Notes: a model not told the origin generated them from the sequence alone. 64,000 nt of DNA from Bigelowiella natans CCMP2755 (GCA_000320545.1 ADNK01001857.1:1-64000), one strand, 5' to 3'; counted from the first letter of the stretch, positions 28,216-42,989 are shown. Made by a program: numbers and translations.

Positions 28216-29703
28216 TCATGTCTGCCTTAATGGTTGAACTAAAGTGTAAGATGCATCTCGCTGGGGCAATGATGATGACGAGGAGGAGCCTGTGTTGTAC
28301 AGTACGTCGTCAAACATAGGTCCAGATGGTGAATCGATTACTGATGTTGAGAGAGCAATCGGAATTCTTCGTAAAGAAACTCCATCTTCGTTGCTATCAT
28401 TATTTTTTGTTGGTGGACCGAAGATGAGGTGTGGACGTTCACGCCGGTAGAACGAGTAATTCTTCCCATTAGCGAAAGGTACATTGATGCGTGGATATGC
28501 ACAACCCCCGAGATCCTCTGGCGGTAGCAATGGCGCAACTCTCCACGTTCCTGCTAATCCCGATCTTGAATAGTAATGACGCCCACAGTCTCCAGATGCA
28601 TTGGTTTTATAGTGAGCACCACGATCTCCGTTATGAGATAGAATATGATATATACCCCTACACATTAAAAAAATATTGTGCGCATTTTAATGATTTTTTG
28701 CGATTTTTTCTTGTTAGATACGTAAGTTTGCGATTTTAAGGCAGAATAGATGTGAGTTGATTTCATTAAACCTGGAATCGATCCACATGCTTGGATCTTC
28801 TCCTTCCCAAGGGGTCGGAGGATCAGTATTGAAATCAGGCGCTTGCCCAATGTCCTCGTACTTAATTGGATCTCTCCAATCATCTGACCGCCATATATCC
28901 CACCTCGTCCATGCCAGAAGAGTTCCATTAGGCAGTATCACTGGAGCGAGATTGAGGTCGATCTGAGGACTTAGCCGTGGATGATTAGCTTGCTCACATG
29001 TCCCGTTTCCAAACCCTGAAACCTGGGTCGCACAGAGCGATTGAAGCGGTGACCAAGGTCCGTAGGGACTCTTTGATGTCGTAAAATAGCTGAACATTGT
29101 CTTGTTTACGCCACAGCCGCACTCGACGTTGCATGATGATCCACCGCTAGCTGAAGTACCATCTGAGCATGTGCAAGTTGGACAGTCAGCCACGGATCCA
29201 TTTGGATAGAAGGTCACAAACAAAGCAAGTGTCCCATCCGGAGCTTCTGTAACTATGGGTTCGTGCGAGAATATTGGCAATACAGGATCTCCAACTTTTT
29301 CAAAGCGCCAATCATCCTTCTCTCCTTTGGAGACAGCATGTACAACGAAAGAATTCGTCGTCCACCGATGGATACCACAGCTTTGTGATATTTCTGAGGC
29401 AAACATGTGATACATGCCTGTTTCATTTTTGTAAATCACTGAGCCTCCCCATGTACTCGTCGGCTTTCCATTGGGAGGTCGATGGAGGAGATTAAAACCC
29501 GATCCATTTGAGGCAGGAAGGAGATCAAGCTGATGGCAGTATACACCCGTCCATCCGGTGAAACAATCGCATCCCCCATCCGTACAAGCCCCGTTGAAGG
29601 AACAGTCTTCGTCCTTCCGACAAGAAGGGGATGACAAAGACAATGGTAGTGCCGTTATCATCCAAATCCCAAGCAAATGCACAGGCCCTGGAAACAGTAG
29701 CAT
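28216..29703 (-). CDS. Secreted EGF-like plus five-bladed beta-propeller glycoside hydrolase (GH43/clan F-like)
   Basis: Hydrophobic N-terminus; CSFNGAC..CDCFTGWTGVYC (EGF-like); STWGGSVI, YHMFASE, SHEP, EDPSMWID|RGIYHILSH, RRERPHLIF, SYTLVQP. One in-phase intron at 28658-28771. Confidence 0.78.
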
Positions 29704-30179
29704 TCGATGCTCCTCGATTCAGTAGTAGTAAGTTGCAGTAGGTCAGATATGATAGATAGATGCCGGGTCGTTGCTCGTACGAGGGGTTGTTTGTTTCTAG
29801 ATGGTGGTTGGGGTTGATGATGGTAATACGAAATGATCAATGATAATCATGATAATGATGTCGCACAAACAAAATCCAATGCATTTCGTGTTGTTTCAGT
29901 AAGGGATATGTCGCACGATAAGTATTGCCTACATTTAATGGTTTATTCCTGCTTAACAGGAGAGCGCAACATCATCATCGGATGTTTTAAGAACAACAAC
30001 TACTCAGTAATAATTAATATGCCCTACCCACGCTACTGCTGCTGTACGAGTAGCAGTAGTAGACAGATAGCTGCTGCTGCTATGTGGTGGTGGTGGTAGT
30101 GGTGGTGGTAGTGGTGGTAGTGTGGTGGTGGAACATCCGCACTTGAGTCCTGCTCTCTACGAAAGGAGGAAGAAAGAGA

Positions 30180-31968
30180 ATGGGTGAAGAACCAGAAGTA
30201 AGGGGAAAGCGCATACTCTCCGATCCCACCGCTCTGGTTTCTCACATCATGCAGCAGCAGCGTGGTGATACTACTGCTACTGCTGGATCAGATCATCATA
30301 ATAATAATACACGCAGATGCAGCATCGACGGATACTTTCACACGCCAACGCTGAGGCCACGAAGGCACGGGGGATTTGACGGAAGGATTTTGACGACTCC
30401 TATCCTAGAAGGGGGGACTTCGAGAAGAACCTCTCTGTCCTCCCTCACAGACTATTTCGATCTCAGAACCTCAAATTTAGACTTAGGAGAACCTTCAGGA
30501 AGAAGAGAAGGGGGGGGGGGCTCCCTTCTTCATCAGTCAAAATCCGAGGAAGAACTCACCTACGGGAACAGCAGAGGACACAAACCAACTACGGCTGATC
30601 TTAAAGCCTCGAATGTTCGAGCAGTCTTTGCCATCATGTGTATAGGTGCTGATCAAGAGACTTTTTTGGAAACATATTACGCATTGAACATAGAAGTAGT
30701 AGTAGTGGTGGTGGTGGTGATGGTGGTAGTAGGGTAACAGCATATACGATGATGCCCACTACAAATCTTATTGCAATTAATGCTTTCATGCTGCAGGTTT
30801 TACTGTAGAATTCTTCTGGGCCGTTGGAGAGGTTGACAGGCTATTTGTTTGTGCATGATTGAATGTGATTTCTTATTTGAGAAATCATGTGTCGTCAACA
30901 TCGTTGTCTCTCTCCTCACAGGTGGTAATAATGCCCTTACTGGAGTTGCAGGGAGCAAGCTTGTCTGGTATATATCATCAAGCAGCTGAAATATTAGAAA
31001 CATTCAAAACTACTACTATATTAATAATGATGATGCTAACAACACATGACAACGACAAAAATGGTGTATCCATCCATCCTGTAAAGGGAATAATAACGTC
31101 TCCATTTTCCTGATGATATTCGCTCGGGATCCTTTGTTGAACGCATCATCACTGCCTTGATCGCCGTAGTCATGAGGATAGCGAGAGATGTCGTATTGCA
31201 TGATGATCATGATGAAAACTGATATCATCATCCTTCTTTATTTTGCTGCTGTTAGTCAGCCAATTCTCTTCAATTCATGTCATCGTCGTCACAGCCATTT
31301 CATCACATTTCAATTATTATAAACAGAGGCATCTGGCGTGATGTTACTGTGTCCGGTGTTGACTCTTATACTACACCCCCTAATCGGATCATGGTACGTT
31401 GTATACTGTTTTATGATTATCATGTGTTTCATAATGGTGGTGCTGGTGGTGGTGCCGACGATGGTCTCACATAATGCCCTCCCCCTCCCTCTCTATAGGT
31501 CTGATAGAATGGGAAGGAAAATTCCAATGGTTACAGCTGCTCTCTTTGGTAGTTGTTATGAAGTCTGAGAGATATTAATGCCTAGGTTCCTTCTCTCTTG
31601 TATTCTTCATACATATTGTTGTGTCCTCCTTCCTACCTTCCTTCCTTCCTTCTCATGAAGATGATGATGATGATAATGATGATGATGATGTGTGGAAAAC
31701 AACAGGCAGCTTGTCCCTATTCTGCCTCCTGTTTCAAGATACACTTTTCTCATCAAGCTACAGTAATAGTCATTCTTTCTCTCAACAGAAGTTCTAGTAG
31801 TAGTAGACAATTTCATCATTCTTTCTCTCAACAGAAGTTCTAGTAGTAGTAGACAATTTCATCATTCTTTCTCTCAACAGAAGTTCTAGTAGTAGTAGAC
31901 AATTTCATCGAGTAGTGGTGCGCTTGGATTGTTTCCCCCCTACTGAACGTCGTGGTGGTGGTGGTGTT

Positions 31969-32003
<35 letters not shown>

Positions 32004-33386
32004 CACAATTGATTAATTATTCGTTGAATGATCATCAGGCTACTATTTCACAATCATTGCTTATGGAGTGTCTGAGACGGTTGTTTGCTATACTAGTGTA
32101 GTAATTAGTAGTAGTAGTAGTAACTATTGAGAGCGAAACGACGACAGGATGAATGTAGTACAACTACTTCTCTCAAGAGTTATTAGTTTACGATGATCTC
32201 ATGATGTATCGTACGTGATTTTGCCGCTGCTTCTTGCTTGCAGAAGTAATATTTGCAGTGTGTCATTATCATGAATATCATCTAATCATCTATTTTTAAT
32301 ACTACCATTATTGTAGGCACACGATCTGCTTTACACTCTTGGACGAGCACTAACACATGACCATGCCGCTGACCTTGAAGGGGGGCTACAACAAATTACC
32401 AGTGAATTCTCAGCGGTTATGAAGTGCGGACGGTTGTTAGGTGATGATAAGGCGACTAAACATAAATGATATTATGTAAGCTTAATCGGATTTTGATGGA
32501 AATATTATCCGGGCAAATTATATGTACAGTTATAATATATGTATACATATTTATATTTCTGATCTGTTACCCAAACCTCGCTGCTCCTTCCTCTTGTCAT
32601 AACTTTGCTGCTGCTAATCGAGTAGGATTTTTGATAAGCGTTTTTCATGTTGAAGCTATTCTGCTACAATGGAACAAAGATGACGATCATGATCATGATA
32701 CTGAGCAACGAGTTATACCAGCAAACTTAGAGCAACTTGGCTGCGGGGATCAATTAGATGATAATCTGTAATTATCCACATACACGTCGTTCACTTTCTT
32801 TTTCTTCCTATTCTTCTTTTTGTGACGATTTCCTCCACCTCACTTCTACTCTCTTTCTATTACAGAATCGATACAGCCCTTCATTCAAAGATTCTCTTCG
32901 GTGTCGTGTTTTTCTTTTGGTAAGAATATAGCTGTTTGGATAGATGCAAGATGATACTGTACATTGTTAGGTTGTTCCTGTATATTGACTAATTGGGTTG
33001 CCTGTAATCGTTGTTCAATGATGCAATTCTTATGATGCTTGTTATCGTTGTTCTCCTCCTCCTCCTCCTACTCCTCCTCCTCATCATCATCGTCATCATC
33101 GTCATCATCATCATCATCATCATCATATCATGAACAAATGTTGCTAAAATCAGGACTGCTTCCACAATAGGAGTGATGTTGTTTGTCACCGACAAAAAGC
33201 AGCACCAACAACAACAACCTGAGAAGTTAAAAGAAATACGGAACGTATGCGATGATGATAATAGTAATGTTGGCGATGATAATCATCATCATCGTCATCA
33301 GCATCATCATTCTCATCATCATCATCATCAACAACAACAACAACAACATCCCTCTGCAGCTTTGGATAGTATCAATAACCACATTC

Positions 33387-33432
<46 letters not shown>

Positions 33433-33583
33433 GCGTCCACATGATAGTAAGAGGACAACGAGGAAGAACAGAAATATTAATGATGATGATGATAATGATG
33501 ATGAGGATGATAAGAGGAGGAGGACCAACTATGGAGCACTTTCTTCTTCTTCTTGTTGTTCCGATAATAAATCACCACCTTCG

Positions 33584-33621
<38 letters not shown>

Positions 33622-34103
33622 GAGGGATCAGCAGCAGCAGCAGCAGCAGCAACAACAACAACAGCGACAAAGCACAACGGCACCTCGAAAACTAGTGGAA
33701 AATAGTAGTATGGGGCCATCATCATCATCATCACCATCATCATCATTTCTGCCTTTAGAGCGCATTGAACCATCACCATCTTTAGGAGAAAAGAGGTGGG
33801 TAGGTAGGTAGTTAGCAATAGCTCATATTAACATTATTAGATACTAATTGCTACATGATGTTATTGTGTGGTGGTATTTGTATTTGTCCATGAGCAGACG
33901 AGTGATATCTGTGGTTGTTCTCTGCCTTATTGAGTATGGAAACTGGGTGAACAGAGAGACAGACAGAGAGAGAGAGAGAGAGAGAGAGAGTGAGAGACCT
34001 ACTTTCTTTTTCTTACATACTACTAACATCATGCTGCTGCTGCTGCTGCTTACTCACACATTTTCATATAATATACCTATATACGCATGCCACAAGCGCA
34101 CAC

Positions 34104-34181
<78 letters not shown>

Positions 34182-34419
34182 GGATACTACAGCTTGACCA
34201 ACAATACAGCTGCCACACCAAATACAAGAACTTTTACTACTTAATATACGTTCTTTATACTGGGAATATGTGTACTTCTTCTTCTTCTTGTTGTTCTTAA
34301 CTGCTGTGATCATCATCTCATTTATTGATTTGATGGAACACGTCACTTCTTGTTGTTCTCTTTGCTCTACATACTTGCTGTCTTGATTGTTTGATTATTT
34401 TTATTTTTATATTGTTATT

Positions 34420-34451
<32 letters not shown>

Positions 34452-34730
34452 GCTAAACAGATTATGGACACGGTCTTCTGCTTCTATTTTGTAATAATCA
34501 TAGGAGAGACGAAGTAAGAGAGAATCAACAAATAACCATCCTCCTAACACACCATTACGACTTCCATGCATAGCCAATGATCACGAGCATGGCTGTAGTA
34601 ACGTACCATCCATCGATTTAAGTGCTTGTCGTGAGAACAACGATCATATGTGCTGTGTGCCTTAACAACAACATATTGAGAATTCAGGACTATCAATATT
34701 GTCATCATCATCATCATCATTACTGTCATT

Positions 34731-34763
<33 letters not shown>

Positions 34764-35172
34764 TATTAGAACATTTTCGGGTACCCACTTAAGAGTAGGG
34801 TCCTCATGCCTCACTGCACAGTCTCTTATTGCATTGGTAATATTTCATCTTCATATCACGATATTACCAGTAGTAGCTATAATCTACGCCGTATGTTGAT
34901 ATATACATATTACATGTTTCTTTTCCTCATTACTCCTTGCCTCAAGGTATTTTCTTTACTACTTCCCCGCATCAATGCGTATGCTGGTTCAAAGGTGCTT
35001 CTCCTACTCCTCCTCCTCCTCCTCCTCATGATGATGATGATGATGGTGATGATTTGTGGAGAGAACGATGATATTATTACACATTAAAGACAACGGCTCT
35101 CTCTTGTGCGTCGTATGACGTATATAGTCATTCATTAGCAGCATTATGGTTTTTCGCAATCAAAAGTAGAAT

Positions 35173-35204
<32 letters not shown>

Positions 35205-35394
35205 CTGCATACAGTACAAACGTAATGATGCTCTTGATGATCAGTTTATATGGTACCTTGGAAACATGTCCTTTTGCATCCTTTGCATGATCATCCCATT
35301 CTACAGCAACCAGGTGCTATGATGTTAGTATTTCCTCCAACGATAACATATCATCACAATAGCAGCAAGGAATTAGGAAGTGACAGCAAAGCTC

Positions 35395-35428
<34 letters not shown>

Positions 35429-35550
35429 CACAATGTGTGTGCATGTGTGTGTTCTAGTCTATTTAATCATCATCATCATCATCATCATGACCATTATTAT
35501 TATCTTACATGCGGCACACACGCTGCAACAACATATGCAAATACAACTTA

Positions 35551-35583
<33 letters not shown>

Positions 35584-36545
35584 AACTCATGTTATATATC
35601 CAGGTATGGCCGATGGTGGTGCTTGCTACAGCGACAGGATTTAGTGAGGTGTTCTTACTAAAGCTTCTTCTTCTTCTTCCTTATCTGTTTATTGTCTCGT
35701 TACGTCCTTGGACCTCCTCCCCCTCCTCCTTATCAGTCACCTGTACGTAGTAGTAGTAGTAGTAGTAGTAGTAGTGTTTTGGTAGAAGTAATAGTTGAAG
35801 TAGTAGTTGTTGTAGCGACTAAGGCTACTCTGAATAATAATAACTTGTAATGTTGGTGTTGCTGCTGCTAAGGCCACCCGTGATAATAACGTCTATATCA
35901 TCATGGAGAAACTTACTCCTAAAGGAAATGAGGTGTATCATCACTACTGATAGACGACGACATACCAGTTCATCATGTCGTGCAACCACCTCTCACAACA
36001 ATCACAACAACCGCCATCTTCCATGTTACAACAACCATTGCCATGATATTCTTTATAATCACATTGATTCTGATTCATGTCATAATGGAAGATTCAATCT
36101 AGTCCTCTACTTTTGTATTTTTTACTTGTTCTTAGGGTTACTATGTTGCGCTCATTTCTAATGCAATGGCCGCGGCACAGGTGATTGAGTAGTAGTAGTG
36201 GTAGTAGTAGTAGTGGTAGTAGTAGTAGGAGAGACTATAACGCAGTTGGTAGCATGCTCCTTGCGTTTTCTTTAATAGTTTATTGTTTCACCTCTAATTA
36301 ACAGACAGCCCATAAATCATCATTACTATTATTATTATTGTTATCATTATGCACAGGTGACTATTGGAATCTTCTTTGGAAGAATCACAGAAAGATACCT
36401 AGATAATGACATCAATAATGGCTTCTTTTATGCCTCGGTATTATTTATGCTACTGGTCTCTTTGCTACTACATGTTTCTAATTCAATTGCATGTACCAAC
36501 AACAATAAATTTAGGTTGTTTCGTGTGTATGGATCTCTCTGGTAA
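30180..36545 (+). CDS. MFS transporter, SLC45/SUT-like sugar:H+ symporter family
   Basis: Exons AVFAIMCIG|FTVEFFWAVGE|VVIMPLLELQG; SDRMGRKIPMV (MFS motif A); AHDLLYTLGRALTHD..FSAVMKCGRLLG; long low-complexity central loop (33173-33800); final TM exon 36357-36545. Substrate is inferred. Confidence 0.78.
31771..31908. repeat. 46-bp perfect tandem repeat x3 (intronic)
   Basis: cattctttctctcaacagaagttctagtagtagtagacaatttcat starts at 31771, 31817 and 31863. Confidence 0.95.
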
Positions 36546-37615
36546 CACTATTAGAGATGAGTATGGGTTATATTCCCGAGATATATTCTTCTGATGATTA
36601 GTAAGTACTACACCACATGGAGAATGATGTTCATCTGATTCAACTTTGAGTGGTGGATGAAGCAGCATCACGCCATCGTCGATGATCGTACATAAGTTAG
36701 TCTGTTGAAGCATATGAGCTATATCTCACGTTCTTTAAGCTGCCCCGAAATTATTGGACAAACTGAGTAGAAGAAGCAGAATTCATTGTTTTCTTGTTTA
36801 AAAAAGGCAGAAACCTGACACTTGCATCGGTTGTCTACATTAATATAAATTCAATCAGCTTTGCGCAAGTCATTATGGTCACCAAAATAAGCGTTTACCA
36901 ACAATCTTGGGCATCATACGATGCAGTGTAAATGCTAGTATTGCGTTCGTAGTCGTGTCGATGCAAAAAAAACGAAGCAGTGCGTATCGATCATGATTAT
37001 TACGAGCACGTAGAAAATTCTTACACCTTAACGCAGTAGAAAGAAGTCGCAGCAAATCCAAGATCGCAACAATAAGTGTTAATTGCATGCGAAGAGTAGC
37101 AATAATCGATGCTGTCTGCACACTGCAGCTAGCTACATGCATCATCATTGTGTGCCTGCCTAGCAACCTTGGCGACGGCATGGCCTAATATTGTTCGTTT
37201 CTCAAGTTGCTATTACGGCCGCCTAACAAGACGTCAACCGCCATCATGCTACATTTATCATATATGACACATCATAGCGCTTGCTAGTTTGTGCTAGCTA
37301 CGACTAGGCTCCAAGTTTTCTAGTAACATGGTCGATGTGTGCTACTACACTGCTGCCATGCGCATTTAAGCTAAATCAACATGCTACAAATAAAATAGGC
37401 ATCATTTAGACGGTTACATGTCTCTTTGTAACAGTGAATAGCATATTTGTACATGTATGTTGAATCTTTCGCCTCTCGCATCGAAAAATTCAATAATCTT
37501 ATCAAAATCACGAGGTATACAACAGTGATTATCATTGACTGGCCTCTCATGCGATGTAAGTAAGTGTCATGCAACAACAGATTCACTATGACTGCTAGCA
37601 AGAATAAAGAAACTT

Positions 37616-37872
37616 CTACTCGTGTTTCTGTCGCTTTAAATCATCACCACTTGGAGTGAACAGCAGGCTGCTTTCACGTATACTACGACAAATAGTCTTT
37701 GAGAAACATCCTGATATGTAGACGTATATCCAGTCCTCGATCTAGGTAGACACATATTATTCAAAGGATGATTCCCAAATTTGTTTTGAGAATATTGCAA
37801 TGATGCAATTACATGTTATACAGATGCAATAAATTGTATCATAGCCACGAGTATTTCACCAAAAGCCGTGTG

Positions 37873-37910
<38 letters not shown>

Positions 37911-38221
37911 ACTTCTTCATTACCAGAAGACGGAAGATAAGATACCCAACGGACATAATTAAAATGTATCTGATACAATACATTGAATACAATCTGTCGT
38001 AAATGCAATATTTACAAAATAGATTGGAACGTGTGTAAACGAAATCGTCGTCGTGTTCATCATCAGCATATTTCATCACACTATGATTATCAATCATCAT
38101 CACCTAGAAACAAGATTCTGAGGAGCACCATCTCCTGCTATGGGAGGTGATCCTGTGACAATCGCCTTCAAACTTTCAAGAACACCAGAGTAGACTACTT
38201 GTATTTGCCCCTCCCCCTCAA

Positions 38222-38256
<35 letters not shown>

Positions 38257-40422
38257 TTTTGGACAGCTCGCCATCCAAAAATCCTGATTTATGAGCGATA
38301 CTCTTCTTCAGATATGCGGGTCATATATTTATGCTACTGCTGCTGCTGCTGCTATTCTATTTTTAAATAGGAAAACAATGATGATGGTGATGATGATTTG
38401 ATAATTTGATGATTTGATGATGATTATGATGATTATGATGAAGATTGTGCTGCATGCAAGTTATGCATGTATGTATGTAGGTATTTATAGTTCTACACAT
38501 GATTGATGCTAGACGAAGAATAACGGGGGGGGGGGGACTGACATTAGATGTGTAAAAGCAGCCGCTATTCCCATTAAAGCACCTCCCAAATGACAGCTAT
38601 GATCTGATGCTCCAACTGAATATCCTAAGTTATAATAATGATAATCCATAACACCGACAACGACAAAACAGCAGCAGCATCGAGGACGAAGATGAGTACC
38701 AGTATTTCGCAACAACGCATGGAACGATGATCTATTGCGTGATAATAATGACTTGTATTGAAGTGCATTCTCACTTATTCCAGCAAGAAGAAGTCGACCA
38801 CTACTAGTGATATTAATACTAATATATTCATTCAAATTGTTCGTTGTCCTCATATCATCATCATCATCATCATCATCATCATCGTCGTCGTCATATGATA
38901 TAAGTAAAAGTGATCATAATTCATAGGAGGAGATTATTTTTGTTATGATGCCTACTAACATGCTACTTGATACAACCAAGTGCTAGGCTATCAAATGCTT
39001 TGAGGAATGCGGTCTTTATCAGATACATGTACATCCTAGTGTGTCGTTAACGACGTAGGGAAAGGGAAAAGGAGAGGAGGAGGAGGAGGAGGAGGAGGAA
39101 GAAGAAGAAGAAGAAGAAGAAGAGGAGGACAGAAAAAGTACTCTGTGATGGTATGTACAAGCTCATTGGATTTATATGTGATATACATGTAGTAAATATA
39201 TAGTAATAGTAGTAGTAGTAGTGCAATTTGAAGAGCAGCACCAGTCAGTGTTGCTCAATCCTGATGATGAGAAATTAGCCTGTAGTAGAGGTAGTACCCC
39301 TACCATCAGTATCGTTGACATCTGAATACCAAATGGAATTATCATTATCGAAACAACAACCCATAACCGATCATGATGATGATGATGATAATTGTGCATT
39401 TGGGTCCTCACATCAAGAAAAATGATAATGATGACAATTACAGTATTTAGAGTATCATTGTCATTCAACTATGCACAGCTTATCACATCACCAGGAATGG
39501 TCTTTTTATCGGTTTCTTGCGGGCAGATGCAGGATTTGAGGCAGCAGCATGAGTTTTTTTATCATCATCATGATCTTGAGCTGTTGGTGTTGCCCTTTTC
39601 TTCTTCTTCTTCTTCTCTGTTCCTTTGGAATGCACTTCTTTTGTTGTTTTTGTGCAGAGAGAATGAAGCAGGGAAGATGATGGAATACTTGCCACAACAT
39701 CCAAAATGCCATATCTATTGAATAATAAGAGTAAGGTAGGAGGAGGAAGGATGGGTACTGATGATATATACCTCGAATTTAAAGCAACAGGTAGCAACCA
39801 AACAAGCCACTGCCACACCTGTACAAATAGACGTGCTTTTTTTAATAACGATGTCATTCGTTGATAGAGGAGAAGCATTAACAGCAGCAGCAGCAGGAGG
39901 AGGAGGAGGAGGAGGAGGAGGAGGAGGAGGAAGAAGTAATAGTAGGTGATAGCACCCATGCTGGTATTCCGGCAGAATCTGCAACTCTGCCATTGCGACA
40001 TTAAGAAGTAGCAGCAGTCGTCATCGTATTTATCCACCAAAGTCACGAGAGTCAAAATAAATCATAATTTCAATACAAAAGTATCGTTCAAGAATCTGTG
40101 CACTACGACTATCATAATTGATTCTAAATATCAAATTGCATTCTTACTATCATTTCAGCATCATCATCATCATTTTAACCGCTGTATGTTGTCATTGCCA
40201 ACTTCGGTTTTCCTCTCATTCATTAATCACCATCACCACCACCACCACCACCATCATCACCATCAGCAGCAGCATCAGCTAGTATTACTCACTCTATGGT
40301 ACTATCGATTCTCCCCATTTGCCCACCTTCATCATCGTACTACGCTCTACTCTGCTGCTGCTGCTGCTGCTGGTGGTGGTGGTGGTACTACTACTACTAC
40401 TACTACTACTACCACTACTACG

Positions 40423-40456
<34 letters not shown>

Positions 40457-41465
40457 ACCTGTGATTGGGATATGCAGCAGCTGCGAAGAACATTATACCG
40501 TATGTGGATGGGCTCGAGCCACACGTGCTCATAAACTTGGTGGCTGTGAGAAGAAGTACGTTGGAGGACCGCTCATAAATAAAACAGAGATCACCCAAAA
40601 CAGAAATCTTATGCTGCTAAATTTGCTTACCCACATTCCAAAGTTCGGGGTTGAGGTTGTAGTTACGTCGATAAGTCATCATAAAACCCGCTGCCCCAGT
40701 GAGGAAATATCTAAAATATTCATCCCAATATAACCATATGACATCGGGGCAGAAATTTCATATTGGTTCAGTAAAATTACATGAGATAAAGAAGAGCAAC
40801 TGTCCTTGCGAGAGGTAATCCTGCGTTTCCTCCTCCCTCTCCCTGCCCTCCTTCTCCTCCTCCTGCATCATGTTGTGTTAAGAGACTCTCCAGCCCACCC
40901 ATCACTGGTATCATCATTATCATATTGTTCACCTTCCACAACATACGATGGTACTACTCAATAATCTTATGATGATGATACTTTCTTTAAGATATGTTCT
41001 TCACCCATCGTGCCGATGATGGTGTGTTACTTTTTTTTATCAATTTGGGGGGTTAAATTGATATTTGAGTGAAAAATGGTGGAGCAAATTAGATTTCTGG
41101 TTACTTCTTACCAGATGAGAGATGCTTCCATGTGCTAGACCGGCTGTTACGAAGACCTTGTAGATGTGGTCAGCAGTGGATGTGTGCAATTTGGGATCAA
41201 ATCATGGGATCAAATCATCATTCAGTGAATGTACATCATAACAACAATAACACTAGTAGCAGGAGGAGGAGGCTAAAATTGTGCTCGCTACCCATGCTTT
41301 CCCGCTCTCCACTGCATCGCCAGAAAAGTGGATGTTTCCTGAATTCATTCTTTTCAAAAGGGGCAACGCAGAGACAAGCGTGGCTTTGTGTTGTTGCTTA
41401 TTTGCCTCCATGAGGAAATAAGTGAGGAAATTGAGGAGGGCAAGTGGCAGCCAGGTTGCACAGCT
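37616..41465 (-). CDS. Rhomboid-family intramembrane protease; true start unresolved, probably a further exon at ~41680-41820
   Basis: Phase-consistent exons: WLPLALLNFLTYFLM..GKAW|VFVTAGLAHGSISHL|VNNMIMMIPVMGGLESLL..LYLI|YFLTGAAGF..|STCGSSPSTYGIMFFAAAAYPNH..GIPAW|VWQWLVW....SDHSCHLGGALMG, then a C-terminal extension ending KRQKHE*. Confidence 0.85.
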
Positions 41466-42125
41466 ATGATGATGATGTTGTTGTTGATGATGATGAAAAT
41501 GGTGATCATGATCTCCAGCAGCAGCTGCAGCAGCCGCACCATCATGATATTGGAGCATGATGATGCTGACCAGGCAGAAGGAGGCAGCTGTGAGTGAGAT
41601 CATGATCATCATAATCAATAATGCCGTTAATTTATTCATATTTTCATCTATGTTTATCTCATATTTCAAAAAAAGCCCTGCTTTACTTCTACTATCGGTG
41701 CGACAAGTATAGATTGGTTGTCGTTCCTATCATTAGCAGTCGTATAATAACAACAACAACAACAAAGCAGAAGACAACACAAATCCATCCATCCATAGAG
41801 GGTTGGAAGAAAGAACCATCTTGTGCGCAAACCCACTCCTTCCCCGCACTACATCTCTCTCTTTCTCTTTTCTCTTTCACTCTCCTTCATCAAATAAGTC
41901 AATTTTTTCCAGCGATAAATTTTATGGCATAAAATTGCGGAGCAGTGGAGAATAGCAATCCAACGCCGCTGGGAAAACACCGCCAACAATTTCAACTACG
42001 TCACAACTAGCAGTTCAAAGGAGCAAAGCTACAACTACGAACGGTGGTGCATATCGCTATAGTGCCATTCCTGCAACACCATTTTCCACATTCCTGGATA
42101 AAAAACATTGAAGAATACAGCAACA

Positions 42126-42960
42126 ATGTCATCAAGAGCTAACACGAACACGAAGCAACCTATCCAAGACGATCGTTCCAACTCTTCATCAGAGTATCGT
42201 TCGGATGATGATTATGCATGGATTCCTTGGTACTGCTCTTTGGAGGGGAATGAGTTTTTTGCAGAAGTGGATGATCAATACGTCCAGGATGGATTTAATC
42301 TCACAGGATTGGGCCAGCAGGTGTGGAGAGACGGGGGGGGGATAAGATGAAGAACATATATAAAAATTAAATGAACGATATATATGGAAACAATGTGTGA
42401 TATTATCAACCAACTGACTTCCAGTTGCTATGTTCCAGGTTGTTTTCTACGATTGTGCCCTTGACATGATTCTCGATGTGGAGTCCTCTGATAATATTCT
42501 CGAAGATGAGCAGCAAGAAATGGTAGAAAATGATGCTGAGACACTCTATGGTCTTATTCATGCCCGCTATATTTTAACAAATCGTGGTTTACACGCGATG
42601 CTTCAAAAATATCATAACTGCGACTTTGGAATATGTCCACGAGTACTTTGCAAAGGCCACCCTTTGCTTCCAAAAGGGATCTCAGATACTTTAAATGAAG
42701 AGTCGGTCAAGCTCTATTGTGCCAAATGCGGAAATATCTATAATTCAAAATATAGTCGTCATGATCATGTCGACGGGGCCTTCTTTGGTACCACTTTTCC
42801 AAGCCTTTTCTTCCTTACGTTCCCTGAGTTAATGCCTCAGGGAAGTAAGGACAAGTTTCAACCAAAAGTTTTTGGGTTTAAAGTCAGTAAGAATGCGTAC
42901 AGCAAATCTTTGGAAGCTAAAAAGAAGCAAACTGCATCTTCGTATGAACGCAAAAAGTAA
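42126..42960 (+). CDS. CSNK2B: Casein kinase II regulatory beta subunit
   Basis: [31 protein letters not shown]..|[56 protein letters not shown]. Intron 42321-42438. Confidence 0.98.
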
Positions 42961-42989
42961 ACATGAAAATATAATCATATCTATCCGGC

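Noticed and set aside
31771-31908. Repeat arrays (also 16316-16477) as CRISPR
   Set aside because: Contiguous tandem units without unique spacers, eukaryotic introns, no cas genes.
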